Of a stretch of DNA of 64,000 bases, positions 51,967 through 63,249 are shown piece after piece. Under the pieces are notes generated by a model. The model had not been told where the DNA came from. It searched no databases and was given only the letters and a program-made list of their open reading frames with translations. Position 1 is the first letter of the stretch. Each line of letters starts with the position of its first letter. This stretch comes from Priapulus caudatus (lineage: Eukaryota). The position numbers were made by a program, and so were the translations under genes. Location: positions 1,202,789 to 1,266,788 of the forward strand of contig NW_014577061.1 of NCBI RefSeq assembly GCF_000485595.1. The letters are read 5' to 3'.

Positions 51967-54900
51967 CTTATCTCAGTAACACTATATCTGGGCAGCCAAT
52001 TGCTTAATGGCAGTGATGTGCATGTTGATATAATATTTAGAAAGAAAACACGGGGGCAGTCTCATGTGCATTATTGTGTAGGTGTGTGCTGAGCAAAAAT
52101 GTGCGTGTTTTCATGTATGCTTAGCTGTGTTGACAGAACGTGATCTGCCATCTGTGTCACACTGGCATTAGGCAAATACCAGAGACCGGGATTTATTATA
52201 GCTAGACAAATTATTTAATGTAATGCACCTCATGTGTTTGGTATATCATAGTAGTTAATAAGGTGGCGTTTAATAAGGTGGTTAATAAGTGGTTTATAAG
52301 GTGGTTAAGGTAGTTAATAAGGTGGTTAAGGTAGTTAATAAGGTTTGTTGTCCATGCGAGCATTGACGTCATGAATATTTATGCTCTGATGTAGTTATAA
52401 TTATAGTAATGAATATAATTAAATAGTTGTCATGTGCTGCAGTATAGATGTAGTGGTGGAAAGAGGCAAAAGCTTGTTGTCTATGACAGATTCATGCTAT
52501 TCCATTTTTACATATAACAGTTTTTTCGTACATAAAAATCTGAAACTCCTACAGTATGTCATGGTGAATTATTGCCAAGAGCGTGTGAATGACATTGTTC
52601 TTCCCACTTAATTTCTTTTACATTTTGTTTCAGATTGGTGCTTCATTCAATCAAACAAATGTTCTTGTTTATGTTGTTGATGTAAAGGTAAGCACATTAC
52701 CAATGAGAAGCAACTAAATTTTACCAAGTGTTTACAATCAGTTGTTTATCAATCATTCAAATGTGTTTCTAATATAAGTTAAGTGAGTTTTGGAGTTAAG
52801 ATTCGTTATGAAATTTAATGAATGATTCAGTCAACTAGTAATGAACTAAAATATGTTGTTTAAAATACATTTTTAACAGAGACATGACACAAAAGAGATT
52901 TATAAACGTCAAAACATACATGTACTAAACAACCTGATTACACACATGTCAATAGCAGCTTGCATTCATGCTGTTTTACTACCCGCCTTGCTTTCATGAT
53001 AGAATCTGCTGTACCCTGGCCCTACAGTGGGGATGTATTGAAGCTTACAGTGGGATGTTCTGTGTTCCAGCGTTGTCACCCGTTTGCGCCTAGTCAGGCC
53101 TTCGTCACACCGACATCGGCTGCCGAGAACAACAATGTGGTGGCGCCACTGGACCTCAACTCTACGAGCAAGCCCATCGCAATACCCACCGTTCATCATA
53201 GGAAGTCCTACACTGGTAGACCGCCCACCCAGAGCAACAAGGACAGGTGACTCAGTCTCACTGTCCTGAACCCACAGATAGACAGCCCTGTGTTGCATCT
53301 CGTATCGTTGAACTCTCGCCATAGTTCTAAGAACCGAAAAGGTGTCGTGTCACGTAAGCGCTGTGATTGGTGCGCTGCTAATCGTGTGGCTTCATGGCAT
53401 GGAACAGTAAGCAGTAATCCAAATTTCCTGGGGGACGGGGGATCACGGGGGGGGTACGGTAGACTCAGTCCATATCTCTTTTTCACACACGTATCTGGCT
53501 GGTATGTGTTCTGCTTCTGGGGTCAGGCATCTCAGATGGTGTGACGCGCTCGTGTTCTCCTGTTTCTCCCAACATGCTTCTGCGCGCTGAGAATTGCACG
53601 GCCATGTGACCGTTCTCTTGTTTTCCGCTGCAGCGAGGTGAAAGTTGAGACGGACGAGGAGACGTCGACAGCAGATGACAACGACGACACGGAGTCTGTC
53701 GCCGACATCAGAGACCCGGAAGATTACAGGGAGGCATTCCAGCCAAAGAACAAGAAGCGTGAGTGCAGGGGTAGGGTGAAGGGGAAGGGAAGGGGGTGGA
53801 TGAAGTGTGAGAGTGCAGGGGTAGGGTGGAGAGGAAGGGAAGGGGGTGGATGAAGTGNNNNNNNNNNTCGTGCCGGCTGCGTGCACAGCTTGCAAAGATC
53901 GGGCATTCAAGACTGTGCTGGTTTGCGATTGCATCGCACCCGATTGGACAGATTTCAACCGCGGGTGAGTGTTAATTCTTGTCTAAACTCATGTAATTAC
54001 CCTTTTTCTCCCAATCACATAGCCTTATACAACTTCCTGAACGCCCGCTTTGCTACTCGCCTCGCCCGAGTTGCACTCTTCCGTAACATGTTCTATACTT
54101 CATCCCTTTAACCTCCTTCTCCACCTGACTTCAGCTGCCTATTCATAGCAACACACTCCTTTACAATCCTCGCCTCGCGGCGGGGCCGCGTCGGGCTTCC
54201 CTTACTCGAGTCGTAATCTTGCCACGTGACACCTTCGTTCACACGTCTTGCCCGTGCCCTTATATCCAATGCCTGCACTTTCATACTGTCATCCACGCTT
54301 CTGTCTCCTTGTCTCACCCTATTATCCTGCACCTCGCGTACACTGTCTTCGTGCCATCTATTTCCATTTCTTCTCCACATACCTACCTTGCACTCCACAG
54401 CTTCCCATCCACCCTGCTTCCTCGTCCTCCTTCGCCCCTACCCCTGCCACTTCTCTACACTTTATCCACCCCTTCCCTTCTCGCCACCCCTAGCTTGGCC
54501 CGCTGCACTCTCACACTTCATCAGCCCCCTTCCTTACCTTCCGATGTTTCCAACCCCTTACCCTGACTTCTCGCACTTCATTTCACCCACCTTCCGCTTC
54601 CTCTTCATTCTGGCCGCCTACCCGCGTGGCACTCTCCCAACTTCATCCACCGCCTCCCTTCCTCCTTGGCCCTACCCTGCGCGCATCTCTCACACCATCA
54701 GTCACCCCTTCGCCTCGCTCCCTCGCGTCACCGTCTCCTACTCCCTGCCACTCTCACATCGTCTCCATGCGCCCATCCCTCCTACCTTCCTCCCACCCTA
54801 CCCCCTGCACTCTTCAACTACCACCCCTTTCGCCTTGCTCCATCCCACCCTCTCCTCGCTCGCCTCCGCTACCCCTGGCCTCTCTCATCCCCCGCCTCTC

Positions 54901-57900
54901 CAATCGTTCCCCCAGCTCGCTCGCCCTTCTCTCGTACTCACCCCACTCCCCCACCGCTAACCACTCCCCCCCGTCTCTTCTGCCCCCCCACACTTGTCAC
55001 TCTTCACACTTTGCGATCCACCCCCTTCCCTCTCTTCTCCACTGTCCCTTCCTCCTGCCCCACGCTCCCGCCTACCTCCCTCTTCCCTTTCCCCTCCCGC
55101 CACTCCGCACTCCCCTTGCCATTCCCGCCTGCTTCACTGCCACTCTCTCTCCGGGATTCCCTTACTCCGACCGTCTGCCCCCCGCTGTCTCTCTACCCTC
55201 TCTTACCCTTGCACTCTCACACCTCTTCCATCCACCTCCCTTTCCTTCCTCTCTCCCTTCGCTAACCCTACTTCCCTGCACTCTCTACATCTATGCTCCA
55301 CCCCTCCCATTCTCGCTTCTTCACCTCGTACCCCTCCTGCACTCGGGGCACTTCCCATCCCACCCCTTCCGCCCCTCCCCTTCCCTCCCTCCCTCCTTCC
55401 GCCTTCACCATCTCCCCCCTCCTCTTATACACCCTCATGCACTCTCCTCCTCACCACACCCTTCGCCTGTTCACGTCCTCGCCCCTATTCTTCCTCCCAG
55501 CCCACATCCTCGAGCACTCTTCCCTGATGCCTCCGCGCCTCATTCACCCCTTCCCCTTCCTTTCACCCTTACCCCTGCACTCATCAGCACTTTTCAATCC
55601 ACCCGTTCCTTTCCTTCGACCCTTACCGTGCCACTCTCGCACATCATCACCCCTTCCCTTCCTCTCACCTGTTTGAGTCGTCCTCACCCCTACCCCTGCC
55701 ACTCTCACACCCTCATCCACCCTTCCCGGCTCGCCTTTCTTCTCACGCCCCACCCTCACCTTTCCATCGCGACTTCATCCACCCTCCTTCCCTGTCCTGC
55801 TTCACCTACGCCCTTGGCTACTGGCGGGTCACACCTTCGATCCAGCCCCCTTCCCTCCCTTCTCACCGGTACCCCTGCACTCTCGCACTTCATCACCCCC
55901 TTCCCGCTTCCTCCGCCCTACCCCTGCCACTCTCACCTGTCAGTCCACCCCTTCCTCCCTCTATTAACCCTACCCCTTCCCTACTCTCACCATCAGCAAC
56001 CGCGCGCCCCTTCCTTTCTCTTAACCTTACCCTCCTGCACTCTCACGACTTCATCTCCCCCTTTCATCTCCCTCCTCTTCAACACGCTACCCCTGCACCT
56101 GTCTGCACTACTCTCACTCCACCCCCCTCTCTCCTTTCGTTTCCGATTCCGCTCCACCACCCTACCCCTGCCACCTCTCACACTTCACACCACCCCTCTC
56201 CCTTCCTCTTACCCCTACCCTGCACTCTCACCACTTCATCACTCTTCCCTTCCCCTCTCCACCCCTACCCCTGCACTCTCACAACTTCACCCCTCCACCC
56301 CTTCCCTTTCCCTTCTTCACCCTACCCCTCACTCTTCGCAACTTCCATCTACCCCCTTCCCTTCCCTCTCCTCACCTACGCCCTCGCACTCTCAACATTC
56401 ACTCCACCCCCTTTCCCTTACCTCTTTCACGCCTACCCTCGCTCACTCTCACCATTCACTCCACCCCCTGCCCTTCCTCTTCCACTCCTTACCCTCCGCC
56501 ACTCTCACACCTTCTCCACCCCTTCCCTTCCCTCCTTCCACGCCCTACCCTGCACTCATTCCACACTTTCATACCCCCCTTCCCTTCCTGCTCCCCCTTC
56601 ACCCTCGCGACTCTCACACCTTCATTCTACCCCCTTCCCTTGCCTCTTCACCTACCCCTGCACTTCACACTCTCATCACCCCCTTTCCCTGCCTCTTCAC
56701 CCCTACCCCTCGCACCTCTCACACTTCATCCACCCCTCTTCCCTTCCTCCTTCACTCTACCCCGTGCACTCCTGCACACCTTCATCACCCCCTTCCCTTC
56801 CTCTCTCACCCGACTGCCATCGCTTCACACATTCATTCACCCCTTTACCCTTCTCTCCACCCTACCCTGCACTATCACACTCTCATCACCGCCCTTCCGC
56901 TTCCTCTTCACCCTACCCCTTGCACTCTCACACTCATCCACCCCCTTCCCTTCCTCTCACCCTGACCCCTGCACTCGTCACACCTTCATCCACCTCTCTC
57001 CTTCTCTTCACACTTACCCCTGCACTCTCGAACACTTCATCACCCCCTTTCCCCTTCCTCTCCACCCTACCCTGCACTCTCACACTTCATCACCCCCTTT
57101 CCCCTTCCTCTCCACCCCTACCCCTTGCACTCTCGACACTTCATCCACCCCTTCCTATCCCTCTCCACCCTTACCCCTGCACCTCTGCACCCGACTTCAT
57201 CCACCCTTCCCTCTCCTTCTTCACCCTACCCCTTGCACTCTCACACTCTCACTCCACCGCCTTCCCCTTCCCTCTTCACCTTACCCCTTCCGCACTCCTC
57301 CACAGCTTCATTCCACCCCTTCCCTTCTCTTCACGTTACCCGTGCACTCTCCACACTTCATTCCTACCCCCTTCCCTCCATCTCACCTACCCTCCACTCT
57401 CACACTTATCCACCCCTTCCTTCCTATTTTTCAGCCTACCCCCTGCACTCTGCACATCTTCATCCACCCCCTTCCCTTTCCTCTGTCACCCTTACCCTGC
57501 CCACCTCTCACAACTTCATCCACCCCCTTCCCTTCCCTTTCACCTCTACCCCTGCCCTCCACACTTCATCACCCCCTTCCCTTCCTCGTCTCACCCTACC
57601 CCTGCACGTCTCCACACTTACTCACCCCCATTCCCTTGCTCTCCACCATACCTTGCACTTCTTTCCAGCTTCATTCGCACCCACTATCTCCTCCTCTCCA
57701 CCTACCCTTGCACCTCTCGCACTTCTATCCACCCCTACTTCCGTTCCGGTCGATCTCCCCTGACGCCTGACGTCTCACACTCTCATCCACCCCCCGTTCT
57801 TTCGCCTTCCTCTCCACGCCCTACCCCTGCACTCTCACACTTCAGCCACCCCTTCCCTTCCGGTCCACCACGCTACGCCCCTGCCACTTTCACACCCTTC

Positions 57901-58721
57901 AATCCACCCCCTTCCCCTTTGCCCTCTCCACCCTACCCCCCTGACACCTCTCACACGTGATCCACCCTTCCCTTTCCCTCTCTCCGACCCTACCTTGCAC
58001 TCGTCGCACTTATCCACCCTCTCCCTTTGGCTCCACCCTTACCCCTTGCACCTCACACCTTCAGTCCACCCCCCTTCCCTATCCTCATCCACCCCTTACC
58101 CCTGCCACTCTCACACTTAATCCACGCTTCCCTTACCTTCTTCACCCTACCCTGCCACTCTCACACTCATTCACCCCCCTTCCCTTCCTCTTCTACCCTA
58201 CCCTGCACTCTCCACTTCACTGCCACCCCTTCCCTTCCCTCTTCACCCTACCCTGCTCTCACCCTTCATACACCGCCCTTGCCCTTCACTCTTCACCCTC
58301 ACCCCTGAGGTGGAAGACGTGTGAGGGTGCAGGAGTAAGGTGGAGACAAAGAGACAGAGGTGGATGACGTACGAAAGTGCAGGATTGGAGATAAGGGCAA
58401 GGGACGTTGAAGAAGTGTACGTGCAAGAGTATGATGTAGGGAAGGAGGGAGATTGTAAAAGTGTGAGCATATTATTAGTATGAAGACAGTGGAGAGGAGG
58501 TTAAAGATGAAGATAAGAACATGTTAGAGGTGAACTAGGGGGAGAGGAGGAGGTAGATGTATAGCATATTAGGGAGAAAAAGTGTAATGTTAATGTTTGT
58601 AGACAAAATTAACCTGTCAATCTGCAATCTGCAACCAGACTTCTTGATCACTTTTCAGTGAGCCGCACACCTCCAAAGTGCCCTCAGCCGTTTGCAGCAC
58701 CGCCGGAGGATTGCAATGGAG
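32234..58721 (+). CDS. KATNB1: Katanin p80 WD40 subunit B1, exons 1-13 (gene continues)
   Basis: Exons 32234-32276 ([14 protein letters not shown]), 37221-37351, 37665-37785, 38315-38415, 38660-38701, 38910-38993, 39258-39373, 48953-49024, 51031-51181, 52634-52687, 53071-53246, 53634-53758, 58659-58721. All GT-AG with matching phases. WD40 repeats ([59 protein letters not shown]) and linker FQPKNKKLSRTPP are characteristic of KATNB1. Confidence 0.96.
32324..33291. mobile_element. MULE/Mutator-like non-autonomous element with ~140-bp TIRs ending in telomeric repeats, 9-bp TSD
   Basis: ggcgcaaatccactt..ggcacctta..gatgcacaga..aaaccctaaccctaacc mirrors ggttagggttaggg..tctgtgcatc..taaggtgcctaaagtggatttgcacc. 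Exact TSD tttgtgact. Confidence 0.85.
33310..34330. mobile_element. Foldback element with ~290-bp diverged inverted arms
   Basis: ~33330-33620 is the reverse complement of ~34050-34315 (for example cgctcgcttcgtttcacacaatcacagcacaaatac / gtatttgtgctgtgattgtgtgaaacgaagcgagcg). Ends are approximate. Confidence 0.75.
35235..36044. mobile_element. Palindromic MITE, 8-bp TSD (nest level 3)
   Basis: Arm cactggcagcaagaacaagtccgcacctgcagct...; its mirror is split by the inner insertion. Exact TSD ggtcgaat. Confidence 0.85.
35427..36010. mobile_element. Non-autonomous hAT element, 8-bp TSD (nest level 4)
   Basis: TIRs cagggctcgaattaagcgacg / cgtcggttaattcgagccctg (20/21 match), with exact TSD agctgcag. 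Confidence 0.9.
39530..39975 (+). repeat. ~130-bp direct duplication enclosing a 17-bp tandem (tcaagtagttatgtcag)n
   Basis: attacttcctaagcagttgttacagc...ggtagttgtacca occurs at ~39543 and ~39829. About six 17-mers lie at 39696-39810. Confidence 0.8.
40630..40946. mobile_element. CAGGG-ended element, 5-bp TSD (hAT5-like)
   Basis: cagggttcgtag / ctatgaaccctg, with TSD atact and internal (g)tcttat(t) motifs. Confidence 0.8.
42803..43122. mobile_element. MULE-like MITE with ~80-bp TIRs and central (CCCTAA)n, 9-bp TSD
   Basis: gctgagagggtctatgtcccccagggtactgccggaacgtac... / ...ggcagtaacctgggggacataaaccctatgagc. TSD gccagctag/gccaactag (8/9). About 13 CCCTAA units at 42951-43030. Confidence 0.85.
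43527..43804. mobile_element. Second copy of the telomeric-repeat MITE, 9-bp TSD
   Basis: Same termini and core as 42803-43122. Exact TSD cttacttgc. Carries a 35-bp palindromic insert. Confidence 0.88.
44956..45138. mobile_element. hAT-Charlie-like MITE
   Basis: caggtgttcttaacct / aggttaagaaccactg, with exact 8-bp TSD ctctagaa (NTCTAGAN target typical of Charlie elements). Confidence 0.88.
45405..48552 (+). mobile_element. Helentron-associated (HINE/DINE-1-like) element copies: heads at ~45405 and ~46244, tail at 48520-48552; partly error-rich
   Basis: Head ttagctcatctgacgtagtcagatgcagc plus microsatellite plus ccgtcaacagttgggcacaaatc. Tail tcagatgagcccagacgctctgcggctctt. Same family as 62332-63249. 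Confidence 0.7.
51876..51963. repeat. (CT)n/(TA)n microsatellite
   Basis: Direct reading of the sequence. Confidence 0.85.
53759..58560. repeat. 50-bp G-rich minisatellite (gagtgcaggggtagggtgaaggggaagggaagggggtggatgaagtgtga) filling KATNB1 intron 12
   Basis: Clean period 50 at 53761/53811. An error-rich reverse-complement block runs ~54100-58305 and then flips back to G-rich at ~58306. Confidence 0.9.
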
Positions 58722-59123
58722 GTATTTATGGGATGAATGTTCGATGGGTTCGTACATGGAAGTGTATTCCCACGTGGCTTGCATCACAGCCAGCACACAG
58801 TAGGGCTTTTAATTGAGTATTTGTATTCACCTCACAGCTGTTATAGAAACGGGTGCCGAAATGTGTTTGGGGCCATGTTGTTGTCGTATCAGTACTGTTA
58901 TATGTTTGGTATAGTTTCTCTAGGGTGCTAATGTGCTTGTTTGTTGAGCATGGCTGTCGTGGTAAAGGGCTGTTAGAAAAACGTTCCATCATTTTTTGTG
59001 CAAGGGGAATATTCAGAACGCGCTCCTGAATCGCCCATGGTTCCATTGGTTAACTCGAAAATGATGGAATCTTTTATTGCACTCTGCACACTGTGCGTGA
59101 AAGCTTAATGCCATTGCCTGTAG

Positions 59124-61269
59124 GTGACAGCACAGTTCCTGGTCCTGTTGTGGTGGTAGCAGGGACCGCACCTTCCCTCAGGAAATGCGAATCGGCCAGT
59201 GCTCTTGTATCTAAGCGAGCAGAGCCGGCAACTTCGCCTGTAGACAAGGACAGGGCAAAAGGGGCGCGGGAGAAGGCTGACAAAAGCAAAGGTTTGTGAT
59301 AGAAGTGTTACCCCTGGATGAAAATTATAAGCGAGGATGCCGAAAGTGAGTCGCCACATGCTTGCGGTGTTTGCTTCAACGTGTATCAGCACTGATTAAT
59401 GCTGGGTAGGGGGCATAGGAGGAGAATCAGGGGCAGGAAAGTGCCAGCAGCCGGATAACGGTTTGGGGGAGCCTAGAATTTGCAGCAAGGCGGATGAAAA
59501 AATCAACACGGCGGCCAAGTCTCATTTATCAGATACCAGAGCAACACTGTGATGGGTTAGGAACCGAGGGAGAGAGAAGGATCGTGAGCATTTTGCGTGC
59601 TGAGGCGAATGCAAATCTGCAAACGAGTGTCGCCACGGAGCAACAAAACACAAAGCCGTCGAGGAGCAGAGGGCGCGCTCTGTCTGCATGCTGTACGCAT
59701 TCCCCGTGCGGATGATTGTTCTCTCACTCGATGATGTCGTAACGTAAACTGCTCTCGTTCGTTAAGGCAACGTGCGTCGCTCACGGCGACGGACGTCAGC
59801 GCGGCGTAGATCGGCCATTATTGTTGCACGCTGCTCGCTCGTCCTCTTGCCTCCTTCCGCCCACTTCATGCCTACAGCACTGCATGCGCATGTGAGCACT
59901 TACTGCAGCAGGGAGGTAATGACGGAAGATGGGAGGTTTTGCTTGCGGTTCGTGTCGTGCTCTCTGTTTTACGGTGAGTCGGTCAGTTCCGGAGGCGGAG
60001 GGCGGTTACGACGTCCCGTTTTGCTGTTGGCAGATGGAGACAAGAGATGGCACGGAGGCGGGGGAGGTGGATTCAGTTCGGATACGGAGGTCAGCCGCAA
60101 GAGTAACCGGTTGAGGACTGCAGAGCCTAGTGAGTGCGCTTGTCCTGCCGTTGATGTTTAGGCCAAAACAAAATATATGTGTGGTTACCGTTACATGCCG
60201 AAAAAAAATAGGGTAGGTAGGTAGGGAAAACATTTTATTTTCTTGAAATATTTTATTTACGAACCATGTCCGAAGGATGTGCATTGTGGCTTTTGAAGCA
60301 AAAACTGTCCAATTCATTTTTTTTAAATTTAATTTAATTAATTAATGAATTTTTTGACTTTAAAGAAAATTGACAATAAAATGTTTAGGGTTGCTGGGAA
60401 TAAATCGGGTCGGTCGGGAAACCGTAACCACACCTATATTTTGTTTTGGCCTTTGGCAGACTTGGTAGCTAGTGCGATGCGTGAAACTATGGCGGAGGAG
60501 TCGGAGGTGGACTAGATTGTTTTATACACAAGCCTGCCATGTACATTGTAGGTCTGACCATGCACTGAGCATGTTCACGCATATTCTGCAGTGTGATACA
60601 CACATACACACATACGCACGCGCGATGCGCACACACACATGCGCAAGTACGAACGCACGCACACACACATGCACATGCACAAGTACGAACGCACGCACAC
60701 ACACACATGCACACATGCACGCAGGCAGGCACACGCGCACATGCATATATGCATGTATATTTACTATTTATTTGTTTTTTTAGTTACACATTTACGTGTT
60801 TTATACATACATGACGTGTACATGTATGATATTACTTTAAGCCGCTTTATTCTCCACAGGCAAGCGAAGCACATCCACACCACGTGTGCAGCGTCCTCTG
60901 TCCCCCGGTGAGTCCTGTTTCCCTCGTTCATACTCTCATGCTCTCTCGCTGACTTCGACTCCTTCAACTGTGTCCGTGTCTTTAACAATGATCTTCTTTC
61001 AGTGCTCCTTGTATGGCACCAACATGCCACCCTGCTGATATGCTTTCGTTTACAGGACTGGGCACATTATTGTTACTGCGTACTATGTGCTTCAAGCAGT
61101 ACGTTTAGCCAGCTGTCACTGCGGTGTTGTCTTGTAGCGAGTCAGGTTGTCATGTTTATTTTGCACCTGGCAGACGATGCCCCTGTGAAGGCAACACAGG
61201 GCACCAGTTCCCCGCAGAAACAGCGAAGGAACGTGGCGCGCCTTACTCAGGCTGTGTCCTCTACATCAG
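59124..61269 (+). CDS. KATNB1: Candidate further KATNB1 linker exons (59124-59291, 60034-60129, 60860-60907, 61174-61269)
   Basis: Each has a pyrimidine-rich AG acceptor and a GT donor, is open in the phase-1 frame and has a length divisible by 3 (168, 96, 48, 96). They encode S/P/K/R-rich low-complexity sequence with no recognisable homology. Confidence 0.55.
60161..60451. mobile_element. GGCC-ended MITE with ~32-bp TIRs (Zator- or PIF/Harbinger-like)
   Basis: ggccaaaacaaaatatatgtgtggttaccgtt / aaccgtaaccacacctatattttgttttggcc, with flanks tta/ttt. Confidence 0.75.
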
Positions 61270-61674
61270 GTAGTCATGTTGCATCCGTATGCTCAGCTGA
61301 CTGACCCTGCTAACCCCTGCTGATTAACCCCCCCAATTAACATGATTAAGTCAACATTACCTATTTCTATCAGACTAATCAGAAGGGTTGATCGATCGTT
61401 CAGGAACTGATCGACTTGTCTGAATATTGACTAATCGCTCTGCGTCGTGCACTAATTCTACTTCTAATCACTGTGTCACTGCAGAGAAGCTGAGGAAACG
61501 TAACTACTCGCGCGGTAGACACCACTCGCCAGGTTTGTAGTAGAATGTCTACTGTGGCTGGCTCATGTACTCGCACGTGCTCATCCGCCCTGCCCTCGTG
61601 CACCTGCACTGCAATATACACAGCCTTCCCTGTGCGCATGTAAATTCAACCCACACTGACTGACCCGCATGCAG

Positions 61675-61962
61675 TATTATGTACGTAGACTACCTTACAC
61701 ATACACGCTGCAGTGTACCTAGACTGCTTCACAAATACACATTGCAATGTACCTAGACTGCTTCACAAATACACATTGTAATGTACCTAGACTGCCTTCT
61801 AAATACACATTGTAATGTATCTAGACTGCCTCACACACACTGCAATCTACCTAGACTTCCTCATACGTACACGCTGCAATGTACTCAGAATGCCTCCCAA
61901 ATACACACTGCAATGAACCTAGACTGCCTCACACATATACACTGCAATGAACCTAGACTGCA
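61675..61962. repeat. 34-bp minisatellite (gcaatgtacctagactgcttcacaaatacacatt)
   Basis: Period 34 (61741/61775), about 8 units. Confidence 0.85.
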
Positions 61963-62331
61963 CCGTCAAGGAATACTGTAATTTAATGCTAAACAAACTG
62001 AATTGCGGGTCAGTGCTCACTTATATATGCATTACCTCACTACTCACACGCACGTACGCACACCCACTTGCTTACTCTGGCTAGTCTACAGGCATGCACA
62101 TCCACACACACTACACATTCCATAGTCTAGCATGTTACTTGCCACTGATATGCTCCATAGTAATAATCAACGCACAGTTCCATGAGCCATGAAGTTACTA
62201 ATTGAGATACAATAGAGTCAGGAAGCAATTACCATATTTCTATTTGCATAATAATGCATTTGTACTGATGGGCTTCTCTAACCCTTAACTAACTCTAACC
62301 GTTAATCAAGTCTAACCCTTATCTAAACCTG

Positions 62332-63249
62332 TTTTTTAGCTCATCTGACATAGTCAGATGCAGCTTGTAGAATCGCATGACCGTCCGTCCGTCCGTCCGT
62401 CCGTGCGTCCGTCCGTCCGAGCGTCCGTCCGTGCGTCCGTCCGAGCGTCCGTCCGTCAACAGTTGGGCACAAATCTTAACCGCTCGACGTACGGTCACGA
62501 TATTCGGGTCGTTGGGGGGATCGTCAAAACGAGTTGGGATGTCGAAGCTGGGGGTCAAAGGTCAAAGGTCAGAGGTGTAAAAGAAGGGGAACATTCACTC
62601 CTTAACTTAAGGTATAGGGAAGATGCATAATTGCGGCACAATCTAAACGGCTCGACCTAGGCTCGTGATAGTCGGTGTATAGCATCATGGTAGGAAAAGC
62701 CATCACTGTGCCGAAATGGAGGTCACAGGTCAATGGCACAGGCAGATTTTAGACATTTTCTGAGGACATGGTCTGACGGACGCGATTGAAAAACGTTTTT
62801 TTGTTTCAGCGTGACCTAGCCTTTTATATGGCTTTTATTGAAAGGAACCATGAAATGTCCCTTCTGCTGACATGCGAAGAGTAAAGTGTCGATAACCTTT
62901 ATTGACCCTCAAGGAGGTTAAACCTGGATTTTGTTGACTGTTAACACAGAGTGAACTGCTTTTGCTATAGAGCCCCCGCTCCCCCCACCTCCCCCTTTCG
63001 TCCCCTCCCAACCCCCCTCCCCCCCGCCCTCGTCCGCCACCCTCGTCCCCTACCCCTCACCCCCACCCTCCCCCTCCCTCATCTGCGATAGTGGGCGTGT
63101 CCAATAACAACACAATGATGCGTACGCAACTGCGTTCGCATATCTGCGCGTCTAACCCAATGTGGTACTACGCACTGACTGAAATTTTACGTTTAATAAT
63201 CGTAGCAACCAGACCTCAGATGAGCCCAGACGCTCTGCGGCTCTTGTTT
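62332..63249 (+). mobile_element. Helentron-associated (HINE/DINE-1-like) element, both ends present
   Basis: T-rich left flank, 5' subTIR gctcatctga with adjacent inverted copy tcagatgcagc, (CCGT)n tract, 3' subTIR tcagatgagc and a terminal hairpin before T-rich DNA. No TSD. Confidence 0.78.

Noticed and set aside
54226..58367. Long ORFs (779, 398, 376, 244 aa) rich in P/L/S/H
   Set aside because: They are translations of the stop-poor C-rich 50-bp minisatellite inside a KATNB1 intron, open in several frames at once.
59533..59715. Extra KATNB1 exon after ttatcag
   Set aside because: There is a stop codon in the required phase-1 frame.
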